17,613 nt of DNA from positions 1 through 17,613 of the forward strand of contig JBLIRN010000055.1 of NCBI GenBank assembly GCA_049472315.1, read 5' to 3'. The notes beneath the pieces are model-generated. The model saw only the letters and a program-made list of their open reading frames with translations. It ran no database searches and was not told the origin of the DNA. Source of the DNA: a bacterium (GTDB lineage: Bacteria; SZUA-182; DTGQ01; JAFGSM01). A program made the position numbers and the translations under genes. Each line of letters begins with the position of its first letter. The stretch's first letter is position 1. This document shows, piece after piece, positions 1 through 7,803 of this stretch.

Positions 1-825
1 GAGGTCCGGGAATGCGGTTTCCCCAACTACTATGATGAACAGCGGTTCGGTTCCGCACGGCACAGGCTGGGATTCATGGGCAAGGAACTCTTCCTGGGAC
101 GAAGCGAACAGGCCCTCAAGCTGTACCTGTGGCCGTCCAGACATGACCGGGGTGATGTAAAACGGTTCAAAAAGTGCGTCATTGCAAACTGGGGGCGGTG
201 GGAGGAGTGCACAGAAAAGGTTCCCGAACGATATACAAACATCATGGAATACCTTTGCCGGAGGGGATGCCGTCAGGCATTCACCAAGGCCCTTACCCGG
301 ATTGGACGGCCCTTTCTCATGTTTGCCCTGAATGCCTATCAATCCTTTCTCTTCAACCAGATTCTCCGGGAATACCTCCTTGTGCTCTCAACGCTATATC
401 GGATTCCACTGACAGAACTCCCCTTTGCCTACGGCAATCTCCTCTTCTACCGGAAAACCTGCGAGGAATGCCTTTCCAGGATGAGATCAACCAAGCTCCC
501 CGTGCCAGGGCATAACAGCATCATAGAGGATGAGCATGTCCGTGCCGTCACCGAAACGATTCTCTCAAGGGAGGGAATCACCCTCAGGGACCTCAAGGTG
601 AAAAAACTCCATAAAACGGCAGTGGGCGGCATCGAGAGGGATATGATCGTTGTTCCCCAGGATTTACGCGTTGTCGAGAAGGAACCCGACGAACTCTATC
701 CCCAGCGGATTAAATGCAGGATAGGATTCCTTCTTCCCAGGGGAACGTATGCCACCATGCTCCTCAAGCGATTGTCGCTCAGCCGTATACAGCCGTTTTT
801 CTGCGCAGGAGGCAAACATATGTGA
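1..825 (+). CDS. truD: tRNA pseudouridine(13) synthase TruD, 5'-truncated by the window edge
   Basis: Frame 1 is open from base 1 and reads EVRECGFPNYYDEQRFGS (TruD GxPNYFGxQRFG motif), then NAYQSFLFNQIL, and near the C-terminus FLLPRGTYATMLL (TruD FxLPxGxYATxxL motif). The ATG at 76 is internal. Confidence 0.92.
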   Translation, partial: EVRECGFPNYYDEQRFGSARHRLGFMGKELFLGRSEQALKLYLWPSRHDRGDVKRFKKCVIANWGRWEECTEKVPERYTNIMEYLCRRGCRQAFTKALTRIGRPFLMFALNAYQSFLFNQILREYLLVLSTLYRIPLTELPFAYGNLLFYRKTCEECLSRMRSTKLPVPGHNSIIEDEHVRAVTETILSREGITLRDLKVKKLHKTAVGGIERDMIVVPQDLRVVEKEPDELYPQRIKCRIGFLLPRGTYATMLLKRLSLSRIQPFFCAGGKHM

Positions 826-964
826 TTCCATCCCGGTCCCTGGTGCACCCTTAACACGCGCTCCCCTTGATTTTCTCCGTCTTTCAATATAATTATAGAT
901 ACACGCACCTGCAAGGTGTTCCGAAATCCCAGGAGCGCTTTTAAATAGGAAAGCGGAGGCTGAC

Positions 965-1126
965 ATGAAGCGAAACAACATTTACTACATCATATTGGTG
1001 ATGACCATCTTCTTGTATTTTCCAGCCTTTGTCGCCATTTTGTATGACTATGTCGTCGGGCCCTTACTAGTCGCCCTTGCCGGCACCAGTACCGTGATAC
1101 TCGCCATCGTCATGCTGCTCAGATGA
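965..1126 (+). CDS. small hypothetical membrane protein, 53 aa, two hydrophobic segments
   Basis: Manually translated: MKRNNIYYIILVMTIFLYFPAFVAILYDYVVGPLLVALAGTSTVILAIVMLLR*. GGAGG lies 5 nt upstream of the ATG; TATAAT at 888-893. Below the ORF-track length cutoff. Confidence 0.7.
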   Translation: MKRNNIYYIILVMTIFLYFPAFVAILYDYVVGPLLVALAGTSTVILAIVMLLR

Positions 1127-1333
1127 GGGATCACCATTTCCGGGTACCGGGCGGGATCGCCGGTAACCTGGCAGGATTATCGATTCGTACCGGGTAACGA
1201 ATTATATAGGCCGCGGATTGAGAGGATTGCGCGCCATGATTGATTGCGGTCCGAATGAACGGTCGGTGCGAAGTCCCGAGCGGTGAACCCATGAAGGGAA
1301 CTCCGAGACGGGCGGACACACACGTGCACTATT

Positions 1334-1837
1334 ATGGAGACACACGAAGCTATGTCACGAACCATCTCTTGTGCAAAAAGGCCGGCAGGTGTGACAGTGA
1401 TAGCTGTCATCAACGGCACGGCCGCAGCATTGACGCTCTTCTTCTGGACTCTTGCGTATATCCGTTTTTTTGCCGGAGAGCCGATCCGGGATCCCGTTCT
1501 TCGGGCGTCTGCAGCGGCAACGCTGGGGTTTCTGGTGGGGGACCTTATCTGGGCCGTACCCGTCTTGATCCTGAGCGTCCCCGGGCTCTGGCGCTGTCGG
1601 GACTGGGGGTGGTCCCTGGCACAGGCGGCGAATGTCCTGTGGGTCTATTCACTGACCGCGGTATGGGTGCGTGACCTGTACGTGGGCCGTATCAGTCCCG
1701 GCGCCATACTTTTCACCCCGTTTGCCCTGGTTGCCCTGTGGGCCATCGTCTACCTCTGGAGAACGCGAGACCTGTTCGGGAAAGCAATACCCGGTATGAT
1801 TACCAGGGATTTTTCCAACCCGGATGCCAAAGAATGA
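1334..1837 (+). CDS. hypothetical integral membrane protein (about 4 TM helices)
   Basis: 167-aa ORF with four hydrophobic stretches, starting with a RPAGVTVIAVI motif. Ends 8 nt before the activator gene. The start could alternatively be the ATG at 1352. Confidence 0.75.
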   Translation: METHEAMSRTISCAKRPAGVTVIAVINGTAAALTLFFWTLAYIRFFAGEPIRDPVLRASAAATLGFLVGDLIWAVPVLILSVPGLWRCRDWGWSLAQAANVLWVYSLTAVWVRDLYVGRISPGAILFTPFALVALWAIVYLWRTRDLFGKAIPGMITRDFSNPDAKE

Positions 1838-1845
1838 TGTGACCA

Positions 1846-3231
1846 ATGGCTAAGACGCACAAACGCAAGGAAGACCCATCAATCCTTACCCCTACCGAGG
1901 CCATCCTGGAGAGTATTTCCGACGGGGTGTTCACGGTGGACCTGGAATGGCGCATTACCTCGTTTAACAGGGCCGCCGAGGAAATCACCGGCATCCCTCG
2001 CACCGAGGCCATCGGCCGGTTGTGCTCCGAGGTGTTTCGCTCCAGTATGTGTGAGACCGAGTGCGCCCTGCGGCGGACATTAAAAACCGGAAGGCGGATC
2101 ATAGGAAAGACCGGGTATATCATCAAGGCCGACGGGTCCAGGATTTCCATCAGCGTTTCCACGGCAATGCTCAGGGACAAGGATGGCCGTATCGTCGGAG
2201 GTGCTGAGACATTCAGGGACCTGAGCGAGGTCGAGGCCTTGCGCCAGGAACTGGAAAGGCGGTTCCGGATCGGCGATCTGGTCAGTCGAAGCCCCCTCAT
2301 GCAAAAGGTGTTCGAGGTCCTCCCCGCCATCTCCGCAAGCCCGAGCACCGTACTGCTCCTGGGTGAAACCGGGACCGGCAAGGAGTTGATGGCCCGAACG
2401 ATTCACTCGTTGAGCCCGCGGTCCAAGGGGCCCTTTGTGGCCGTCAGTTGTGGGGCCCTGCCGGATACGCTCCTGGAGTCGGAGCTCTTTGGCTACAAGG
2501 CGGGCGCCTTCACCGGGGCGACCAAGGACAAGCCCGGGCGTTTCGAAATAGCCACCGGAGGAACCCTGTTCCTTGACGAAATAGGCGAGGTGAGCCCTGC
2601 CCTCCAGGTGCGCCTCCTCCGGGTGCTCCAGGAGCGCACCTATGACCCGCTGGGCGCAACCCGCTCCGAAACCGCCGATGCGCGGATCATCGTGGCCACC
2701 AATAAGGACCTTGCGGAACAGACGCGACAGGGGGCCTTCCGCGAGGATCTTTACTACCGGGTGAATGTGGTTCGGGTGGAGTTGCCGCCGCTTCGCCGCC
2801 GCAAGGAGGACATTCCCCTCCTGGTGGAGCAGTTCATCGCCCGGTTCAATCGATTGCAGCAAAAAGCCATCCAGGGGATCTCGGCGGATGCGCTTTCCCT
2901 CCTCATGGCGCACGACTGGCCAGGAAACGTACGGGAGCTCGAAAATGTCATCGAATATTCCTTCATCCTGTGCACCGACGGCATCATCGGCATCGGTCAT
3001 CTTCCAGAGGAACTAACCACACAAGGTGCTACTGACGCTACTGCACCCACCATGAAGGGGGCGCATGACCTGCTCGACACCCAAACCATTCGGGACGCCC
3101 TCGAGCGAAACGCCTTTAATCGCCTTGCAACGGCACGGGACCTGGGCATCCACAAGACCACCCTGTACCGGAAGATGAGGAAGCTGGGGATCGCCCTTCC
3201 TGAGAAAGACGGCAGATATCGCCATTCGTGA
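1846..3231 (+). CDS. sigma54-dependent transcriptional activator (PAS - AAA+ - Fis HTH), OrpR-like
   Basis: PAS (ILESISDGVFTVDLEWRITSFNRAAEEITG), Walker A GETGTGKE, ESELFG-GAFTGA loop, Walker B LFLDEIGE, FREDLYYR, WPGNVRELEN, and HTH ARDLGIHKTTLYRKM. C-x8-C-x3-C in the PAS domain. Confidence 0.95.
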   Translation: MAKTHKRKEDPSILTPTEAILESISDGVFTVDLEWRITSFNRAAEEITGIPRTEAIGRLCSEVFRSSMCETECALRRTLKTGRRIIGKTGYIIKADGSRISISVSTAMLRDKDGRIVGGAETFRDLSEVEALRQELERRFRIGDLVSRSPLMQKVFEVLPAISASPSTVLLLGETGTGKELMARTIHSLSPRSKGPFVAVSCGALPDTLLESELFGYKAGAFTGATKDKPGRFEIATGGTLFLDEIGEVSPALQVRLLRVLQERTYDPLGATRSETADARIIVATNKDLAEQTRQGAFREDLYYRVNVVRVELPPLRRRKEDIPLLVEQFIARFNRLQQKAIQGISADALSLLMAHDWPGNVRELENVIEYSFILCTDGIIGIGHLPEELTTQGATDATAPTMKGAHDLLDTQTIRDALERNAFNRLATARDLGIHKTTLYRKMRKLGIALPEKDGRYRHS

Positions 3232-3235
3232 AAGA

Positions 3236-3286
3236 AGTAGCTTTATTGCACCCATAAAACTATGATACCATATCCAAATTGCTACT
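3236..3286. promoter_or_regulatory. candidate upstream activator sequence for the sigma54 promoter
   Basis: Inverted pair AGTAGC (3236-3241) / GCTACT (3281-3286), with TTGCACCC and TTGCTACT half-sites about 90-140 bp upstream of the -24 box. An AT-rich spacer follows. Confidence 0.4.
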
Positions 3287-3372
3287 ATACTCTCCGATGC
3301 CTTCACATGTGCTCACATTGAAAATATAACTTTTTCAAATTGTTATAACTATTATAGTCAGGCATGACCAGG

Positions 3373-3389
3373 TTGGCACGATGAATGCT
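3373..3389 (+). promoter_or_regulatory. sigma54 (-24/-12) promoter
   Basis: TTGGCACGATGAATGCT matches TGGCACG-N4-TTGCW with exact GG-N10-GC spacing. It lies just downstream of a sigma54 activator and 38 nt upstream of the first operon gene. Confidence 0.85.
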
Positions 3390-3426
3390 TATCATTATAT
3401 GGAAAATGATACGCAGGAGCTTGATC

Positions 3427-4026
3427 ATGAAAGCCGCCTTTTCAGCCTGGAACAATCGAATTGCACCGGTCTTTGATGTGACCCGGCAGGTTCTTCTTGT
3501 GGAGGCCCAATCGGGACGCATCGTGAGGGAGACCCGGGAATCCCTCGGGGATGATATACCGGCCCAAAGGGCGCTTCGTCTGGCCCGGTTCGGCATAGAC
3601 ACCCTGATCTGTGGTGCGATCTCTCGACCCATGCAGGCCATGGTGGCCGCTTACGGCATTCGAGTTATCCCCTTCGTGGCCGGCGACCTTCGCGAGGTCA
3701 TCCAGGCGTGGCTCTGTGACGGGCTCAAGGATACGCTCTTCGCCATGCCCGGCTGCTGCGGACGAGGGCGTCGCAGGCGCCGAGGCACGAGCGGCATGGA
3801 AAAGGAGGAATATATCATGAATGGAGGAAACCGAGGCGGAAGGGGCCTAGGCGGCGGACAGGGTCAGGGCGGCCAGAGGTTCGGCCGCATGGGCGGACCC
3901 TCTGCAGCAGGCCCGGGGGGATATTGTGTGTGTGTGCGATGCGGATACCAGGAACCGCATGAACGCGGCGTACCCTGCACGCAAAGGCAGTGCCCGAAGT
4001 GCGGGGCTTCCATGACACGACAATAA
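3427..4026 (+). CDS. NifB/NifX-like (COG1433) domain protein fused to a Gly/Arg-rich linker and a C-terminal Cys-rich metal-binding domain
   Basis: AGGAG RBS precedes ATG 3427. RIAPVFD...LICGAIS...FAMPGCCGRGRRRRR, then YCVCVRCG...HERGVPC...CPKCG. The ORF-track start at 3385 overlaps the sigma54 promoter and is rejected. Confidence 0.85.
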   Translation: MKAAFSAWNNRIAPVFDVTRQVLLVEAQSGRIVRETRESLGDDIPAQRALRLARFGIDTLICGAISRPMQAMVAAYGIRVIPFVAGDLREVIQAWLCDGLKDTLFAMPGCCGRGRRRRRGTSGMEKEEYIMNGGNRGGRGLGGGQGQGGQRFGRMGGPSAAGPGGYCVCVRCGYQEPHERGVPCTQRQCPKCGASMTRQ

Positions 4027-4110
4027 AATGGAATCCACCACGATCCGGCCGTGCCTGCCAGTGCGCAGGCACGGCCACAGCGATACATCGAATATATGAA
4101 GGAGGTTCAG

Positions 4111-4473
4111 GTGAAGATTGCATTCTCGACATCAGGAGAAACACTGGATGCGCCGGTTGACACCCGTTTCGGCCGCGCTCCGAAATTCCTCGTCTATGAT
4201 ATGGAGACCAATACCTTTCAGGTGATCGATAACCATCAGAATATGAATGCCATGCAGGGCGCAGGCATCCAGGCGGCGCAGACAATCGCGCGATTGGGGG
4301 TGGACGGCCTGGTAACCGGTCACTGTGGGCCCAAGGCGTTCCGCGTGCTCTCCGCCGCCGGAATCACGATCTACAACACCGACGCGCCCACGATCGCCGC
4401 CGCGCTTGAGGCATTAAGATCAGGAACGCTCAAACCATCGGAGTCAGCCGACGTGGCCGGTCACTGGACATGA
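4111..4473 (+). CDS. NifB/NifX family Fe-Mo cluster-binding protein (COG1433), Orange protein-like
   Basis: AAGGAGG RBS and GTG start. MKIAFS...VDTRFGRAPKFLVYD...QGAGIQAAQ...TGHCGPKAFRVLSAAGI are the signature motifs of COG1433/ORP. ATGA overlap with the next gene. Confidence 0.9.
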   Translation: MKIAFSTSGETLDAPVDTRFGRAPKFLVYDMETNTFQVIDNHQNMNAMQGAGIQAAQTIARLGVDGLVTGHCGPKAFRVLSAAGITIYNTDAPTIAAALEALRSGTLKPSESADVAGHWT

Positions 4474-5306
4474 TACTTGGAATCGCCTCAGGCAAGGGTG
4501 GGACCGGCAAGACGACGGTGTCCGTAAATCTGGCACGGGTGATCGGCTCCCCCGTGCAGCTTCTGGATTGCGACGTGGAGGAACCCAATGCCCACCTGTT
4601 TTTGAAAGGCACGGTCAAAACCCAGGAGACTGTCACCATACCGATCCCTGAGGTGGACGAATCCCTTTGCGACGCCTGTGGCGAGTGCAGCCATTTCTGC
4701 CAATTTAACGCCATCGTATCGCTCAAGACCGCGCCGCTCGTCTTTCCCGAGCTCTGTCACGGCTGCGGCGGATGTTCCAAGGTCTGCCCCAGGCATGCCA
4801 TCCGGGAGACGAAACGGCGCATCGGGGTCATCGAGACCATCGAGGCGGATACGGTGACCCTGATCCAGGGCCGAATCGATATCGGGGTGGCAATGGCCCC
4901 GCCCCTCATACGGGCGGTGAAGGCACGACTGCGCAACGGCACGACTGCGATTCTCGATGCACCACCGGGCACGTCATGCCCGGTGATCACCACACTCCGG
5001 GGCGCTGATTTCACCCTTCTGGTCACCGAGCCCACCCCCTTCGGTCTGCATGACCTCACCCTTGCCGTGGACATGGTGCGTGAGCTGGGGATTCCATTCG
5101 GCGTGATCGTCAACCGTGTCGGGATCGGCGACGACCGCGTGCATGAATTCTGCAGAAGGGAGGCTGTCCCCATCCTTTCCGAAATTCCCGATGACCGGCG
5201 AATCGCCGAGGCGTATTCCAGGGGACGCCTCATTGTGGACGCCCTTCCCGAATACCGCGGTCTGTTTGAAGGACTGCTGGGAAAGATAGTCAACTACCAA
5301 TGCTAA
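4470..5306 (+). CDS. MinD-superfamily P-loop ATPase with inserted 2x[4Fe-4S] ferredoxin domain (COG1149; Orp3/Orp4-like)
   Basis: SGKGGTGKTT deviant Walker A, DCDVEEPN, CDACGECSHFC and CHGCGGCSKVCP ferredoxin motifs, DAPPGTSCPV, VTEPTPFGLHDL. Confidence 0.93.
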   Translation: MILGIASGKGGTGKTTVSVNLARVIGSPVQLLDCDVEEPNAHLFLKGTVKTQETVTIPIPEVDESLCDACGECSHFCQFNAIVSLKTAPLVFPELCHGCGGCSKVCPRHAIRETKRRIGVIETIEADTVTLIQGRIDIGVAMAPPLIRAVKARLRNGTTAILDAPPGTSCPVITTLRGADFTLLVTEPTPFGLHDLTLAVDMVRELGIPFGVIVNRVGIGDDRVHEFCRREAVPILSEIPDDRRIAEAYSRGRLIVDALPEYRGLFEGLLGKIVNYQC

Positions 5307-5376
5307 AGGGCGTGGCGTGAAAGGGATTTTGTCTTGAAAATATCCTGTATTCATCTGAAAATATAGCATTTTCATT

Positions 5377-5394
5377 CTTCGTGGCGCCACGAAG
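5377..5394. repeat. perfect 18-bp palindrome
   Basis: CTTCGTGGCGCCACGAAG is its own reverse complement; it is intergenic. Confidence 0.8.
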
Positions 5395-5438
5395 CGGCAT
5401 GAGGGTTTGCCCCGAAAAGGGTGTAGATTTTTTATTAG

Positions 5439-5608
5439 GTAATCCACCACTAAAAATGGTAGTCGTGGCAAATTGACTAAGTCGCACCCTCTTGGGGTGG
5501 TCATTAGCTGGTTTAATTGTCTAAATTTGTAATCCACCGATGGTCTTAGCAAATCGATTGAATCGCACCCTTGGGGGTGGTTGTTAGCTGGTTTAATTGT
5601 TTAAAGGT
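5439..5608. repeat. imperfect intergenic tandem duplication (about 90 bp + about 80 bp)
   Basis: Units start at 5439 and 5529. Both carry GTAATCCACC...ATGGT...GCAAAT...TCGCACCCT...GGGGTGGT...TTAGCTGGTTTAATTGT.TAAA. Confidence 0.85.
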
Positions 5609-5621
5609 TGGAGGAAGAACG

Positions 5622-5882
5622 ATGCCGACATACGAATATGAATGCACTGCATGTGGTACGCGGTTCGAGCGGCGACAGGCCGTGACGGATCCCCCGAACG
5701 CGGAATGCCCCGAGTGCCATGGCAAGGCCCGGCGGCTGGTCAGCGGCGGAGCCGGTTTCATCATGAAGGGTTCCGGTCACGGCGGAAGCAGCCGGGGCTC
5801 GCAGACGTGTTCCCTGGAACAGGGCGGCAAAACCTGCTGCGGCCGGGATGAGCGCTGCGGCAAACCGCCATGCAAGGATTGA
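5622..5882 (+). CDS. FmdB-family zinc-ribbon protein with Cys-rich C-terminal tail
   Basis: GGAGG RBS. MPTYEYECTACG...CPECHG...RLVSGGAGFIMKGSG is the FmdB pattern. The tail reads CSLEQGGKTCCGRDERCGKPPC. Confidence 0.9.
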   Translation: MPTYEYECTACGTRFERRQAVTDPPNAECPECHGKARRLVSGGAGFIMKGSGHGGSSRGSQTCSLEQGGKTCCGRDERCGKPPCKD

Positions 5883-6018
5883 GGAATGGACAAGCCCATG
5901 TTTTATCATGTCTCCGGACCATTTTCCTCGTGGTGTATGAGAAGTTTCCTGGCGCTGATTTTCATTTCCTTAGAGACAAGCCGGTATGACGTCTCCATTG
6001 GAAGGCAGTGAGAAGACC

Positions 6019-6894
6019 ATGATACGGGAACTGGTGGTCATCAGCGGCAAGGGAGGGACCGGGAAGACCAGTCTGGCCGCATCGTTCGCCATACTTGCCG
6101 GCCGTCCGGTCATCGCGGACTGCGATGTGGATGCCGCAGACCTGCACCTGCTCCTTTCTCCCCGGATAAGGGAGCGGCATGAATTCCGCAGCGGGCACCA
6201 GGCGGTGATTCGCCAGCCGGATTGCATTCGCTGCGGTGAGTGTCTGTCCCTTTGCCGGTACAATGCCGTCGTGATGAAGCAGGAGGGGGAGCACGAGCCG
6301 TCGTACTCCATCGACACTGTTTCATGCGAAGGGTGCGGGGTGTGCGTACGATTCTGCCCGGAGCAGGCCATCGATTTTCCGGAATGTGTCTGCGGCGAAT
6401 GGATGGTCTCGGAAACCCGCTGCGGTCCAATGGTCCATGCACGGCTGGGCATAGCTGCCGAGAACTCGGGCAAGCTTGTCTCCATCGTCCGGAAGGAGGC
6501 TCGACTGATCGCGGAAAAATTCGGTCATCCCCTGGTGATCGTGGATGGTCCTCCGGGCATCGGCTGCCCGGTGATCGCATCCGTGACCGGCACCTCCCTG
6601 GTGCTGGTGGTCACCGAGCCCACCGTATCCGGCGAACACGACCTGGAACGGGTCCTTGCCCTTGCCCGGCACTTCGGCATTCCCTCGGCAGTGTGTGTAA
6701 ACAAGTGGGACCTCAATACCGAGATGACGGAGCGCATCGAAAACAGGGCACATGAGGCGGGGGCCCGGGTAGTGGGCCGTATCCGCTATGACCGCGCCGT
6801 CACCCTGGCACAGATGCAGGAAATAACGGTGGTGGAAACCGAGGCGCCCTCCGCCGAGGACGTGCGACACATATGGGACCATCTGAATCTGTAG
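6019..6894 (+). CDS. second MinD-superfamily ATPase with inserted ferredoxin domain (COG1149; Orp3/Orp4-like)
   Basis: ELVVISGKGGTGKTS, DCDVDAADLHL, CIRCGECLSLC, CEGCGVCVRFCP, ENSGKLV, DGPPGIGCPVIAS, VTEPTVSGEHDL. Start set at MIRELVV; ATG 5986 is an alternative. Confidence 0.93.
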   Translation: MIRELVVISGKGGTGKTSLAASFAILAGRPVIADCDVDAADLHLLLSPRIRERHEFRSGHQAVIRQPDCIRCGECLSLCRYNAVVMKQEGEHEPSYSIDTVSCEGCGVCVRFCPEQAIDFPECVCGEWMVSETRCGPMVHARLGIAAENSGKLVSIVRKEARLIAEKFGHPLVIVDGPPGIGCPVIASVTGTSLVLVVTEPTVSGEHDLERVLALARHFGIPSAVCVNKWDLNTEMTERIENRAHEAGARVVGRIRYDRAVTLAQMQEITVVETEAPSAEDVRHIWDHLNL

Positions 6895-6903
6895 GAGCAA
6901 GAC

Positions 6904-7305
6904 ATGGAATCTATTGATTATCGTGAATTTTCACTGACGGCGATCGATCATGCGCAAAGGCCGCGTAATCTGGGGCCGCTTTCAAATTTCAACGCACATG
7001 CACGTGTAACCGGCCCATGCGGCGACACCATGGAATTCTGGCTGCTCGTGATGGACGGCCGGCTGGAAAAGGTATCCTTCATCACCGATGGATGCGGTTC
7101 CTCATGTGCCTGCGGAAGCATGGCCACGTGTTTGGTTGAAGGAAGAAACCTTGAGGAGGCAGCCGCCCTCGATGAGCAGGATATACTTTCCGCACTGGGA
7201 GGCCTTCCCGAAGACTTCCTGCACTGCGCCCTCCTGGCGGCCACCACCTTGAAGGCCGCATGCGAGGATTACATTCACCATAGACACAAGGAGGCTATCC
7301 TATGA
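6904..7305 (+). CDS. IscU/NifU N-terminal-like Fe-S cluster scaffold protein
   Basis: AGGAG RBS. DHAQRPRNLG, GPCGDTMEFWL, FITDGCGSS and LGGLPEDFLHCALLA supply the three U-type scaffold Cys and the Asp after Cys1. Confidence 0.88.
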   Translation: MESIDYREFSLTAIDHAQRPRNLGPLSNFNAHARVTGPCGDTMEFWLLVMDGRLEKVSFITDGCGSSCACGSMATCLVEGRNLEEAAALDEQDILSALGGLPEDFLHCALLAATTLKAACEDYIHHRHKEAIL

Positions 7306-7640
7306 GAATTGCCATTCCCCTTGCAAATGGCAGGCTGGCGATGCATTTCGGACACTGCGGGCAATTTGCCCTGGTCGATGTAGACCTCTCGGCCGGAAGG
7401 ATACTCAGTCGAAAAGACATCGAAGCCCCGCAGCATCAACCGGGACTCTTGCCGCCGTGGCTGGCACAACAAGGCGCCACGCTCATCATCGCCGGCGGTA
7501 TGGGCCAGCGCGCCCAGGCCCTATTTGCCGACCATGGTATCCAGGTGCTGGTGGGTGCACCTGCTGAAACGCCCGAGCGGCTGGTCAATGCCTATCTTTC
7601 CGGAACACTTGCCACCGGCGAAAATATCTGCGATCACTGA
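7302..7640 (+). CDS. NifB/NifX family (COG1433) protein
   Basis: AAGGAGG RBS and ATGA overlap. MRIAIP...HFGHC...PQHQPGLLPPWL...IIAGGMGQRA...GENICDH. Confidence 0.9.
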   Translation: MRIAIPLANGRLAMHFGHCGQFALVDVDLSAGRILSRKDIEAPQHQPGLLPPWLAQQGATLIIAGGMGQRAQALFADHGIQVLVGAPAETPERLVNAYLSGTLATGENICDH

Positions 7641-7673
7641 TCGTGCCTTCAAAGGCCGTGCAGGTCATAATCG

Positions 7674-7696
7674 ATGCCTTTTTCAAAGGCATTTTT
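7674..7696 (+). terminator. probable intrinsic terminator of the orp-like operon
   Basis: ATGCCTTT-ttc-AAAGGCAT stem-loop followed by a T run, 34 nt after the last gene. Outer arms AGGTCA (7662) / TGACCT (7696) extend the stem. Confidence 0.6.
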
Positions 7697-7803
7697 GACC
7701 TCACCATGAGCGACTCCCGATCATCCCGGGCCATTGCCCTGTTTTCGTATCTGATGACCGCATCGGGTCGTCTGCCTGCGGCACATTCACCGGTCGACAC
7801 TGG

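Noticed and set aside
867..893. sigma70 promoter TTGATT...TATAAT before the small membrane ORF
   Set aside because: The spacer is only 15 nt, so it is kept as supporting context and not called as a feature.
1168..1184. Second sigma54-like site CTGGCAGGATTATCGAT
   Set aside because: The -12 position reads GA rather than GC; insufficient support.
1127..1333. Possible riboswitch or ncRNA (imperfect inverted repeats GGTACCGG/CCGGTAACC and ATTCGTACC/GGTAACGAAT)
   Set aside because: I could not match it to lysine, glycine, cobalamin or c-di-GMP consensus, and such hairpins are expected by chance at this GC content.
2080..3000. 306-aa antisense ORF (likewise 14217-15194, 4974-5552, 7643-8062 and other long overlapping ORFs)
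   Set aside because: They overlap well-supported genes and show no recognisable motifs; typical GC-rich shadow ORFs.
5886..6011. 41-codon ORF between the FmdB gene and the second ATPase
   Set aside because: The GAGG is too close to the ATG and the peptide has no recognisable features.
3427..7640. Nitrogenase (nif) cluster because of NifX/NifU-like genes
   Set aside because: No nifH/D/K/E/N/B here. The ATPases are COG1149-type, and the gene set matches orp-like clusters, which also occur in non-diazotrophs.
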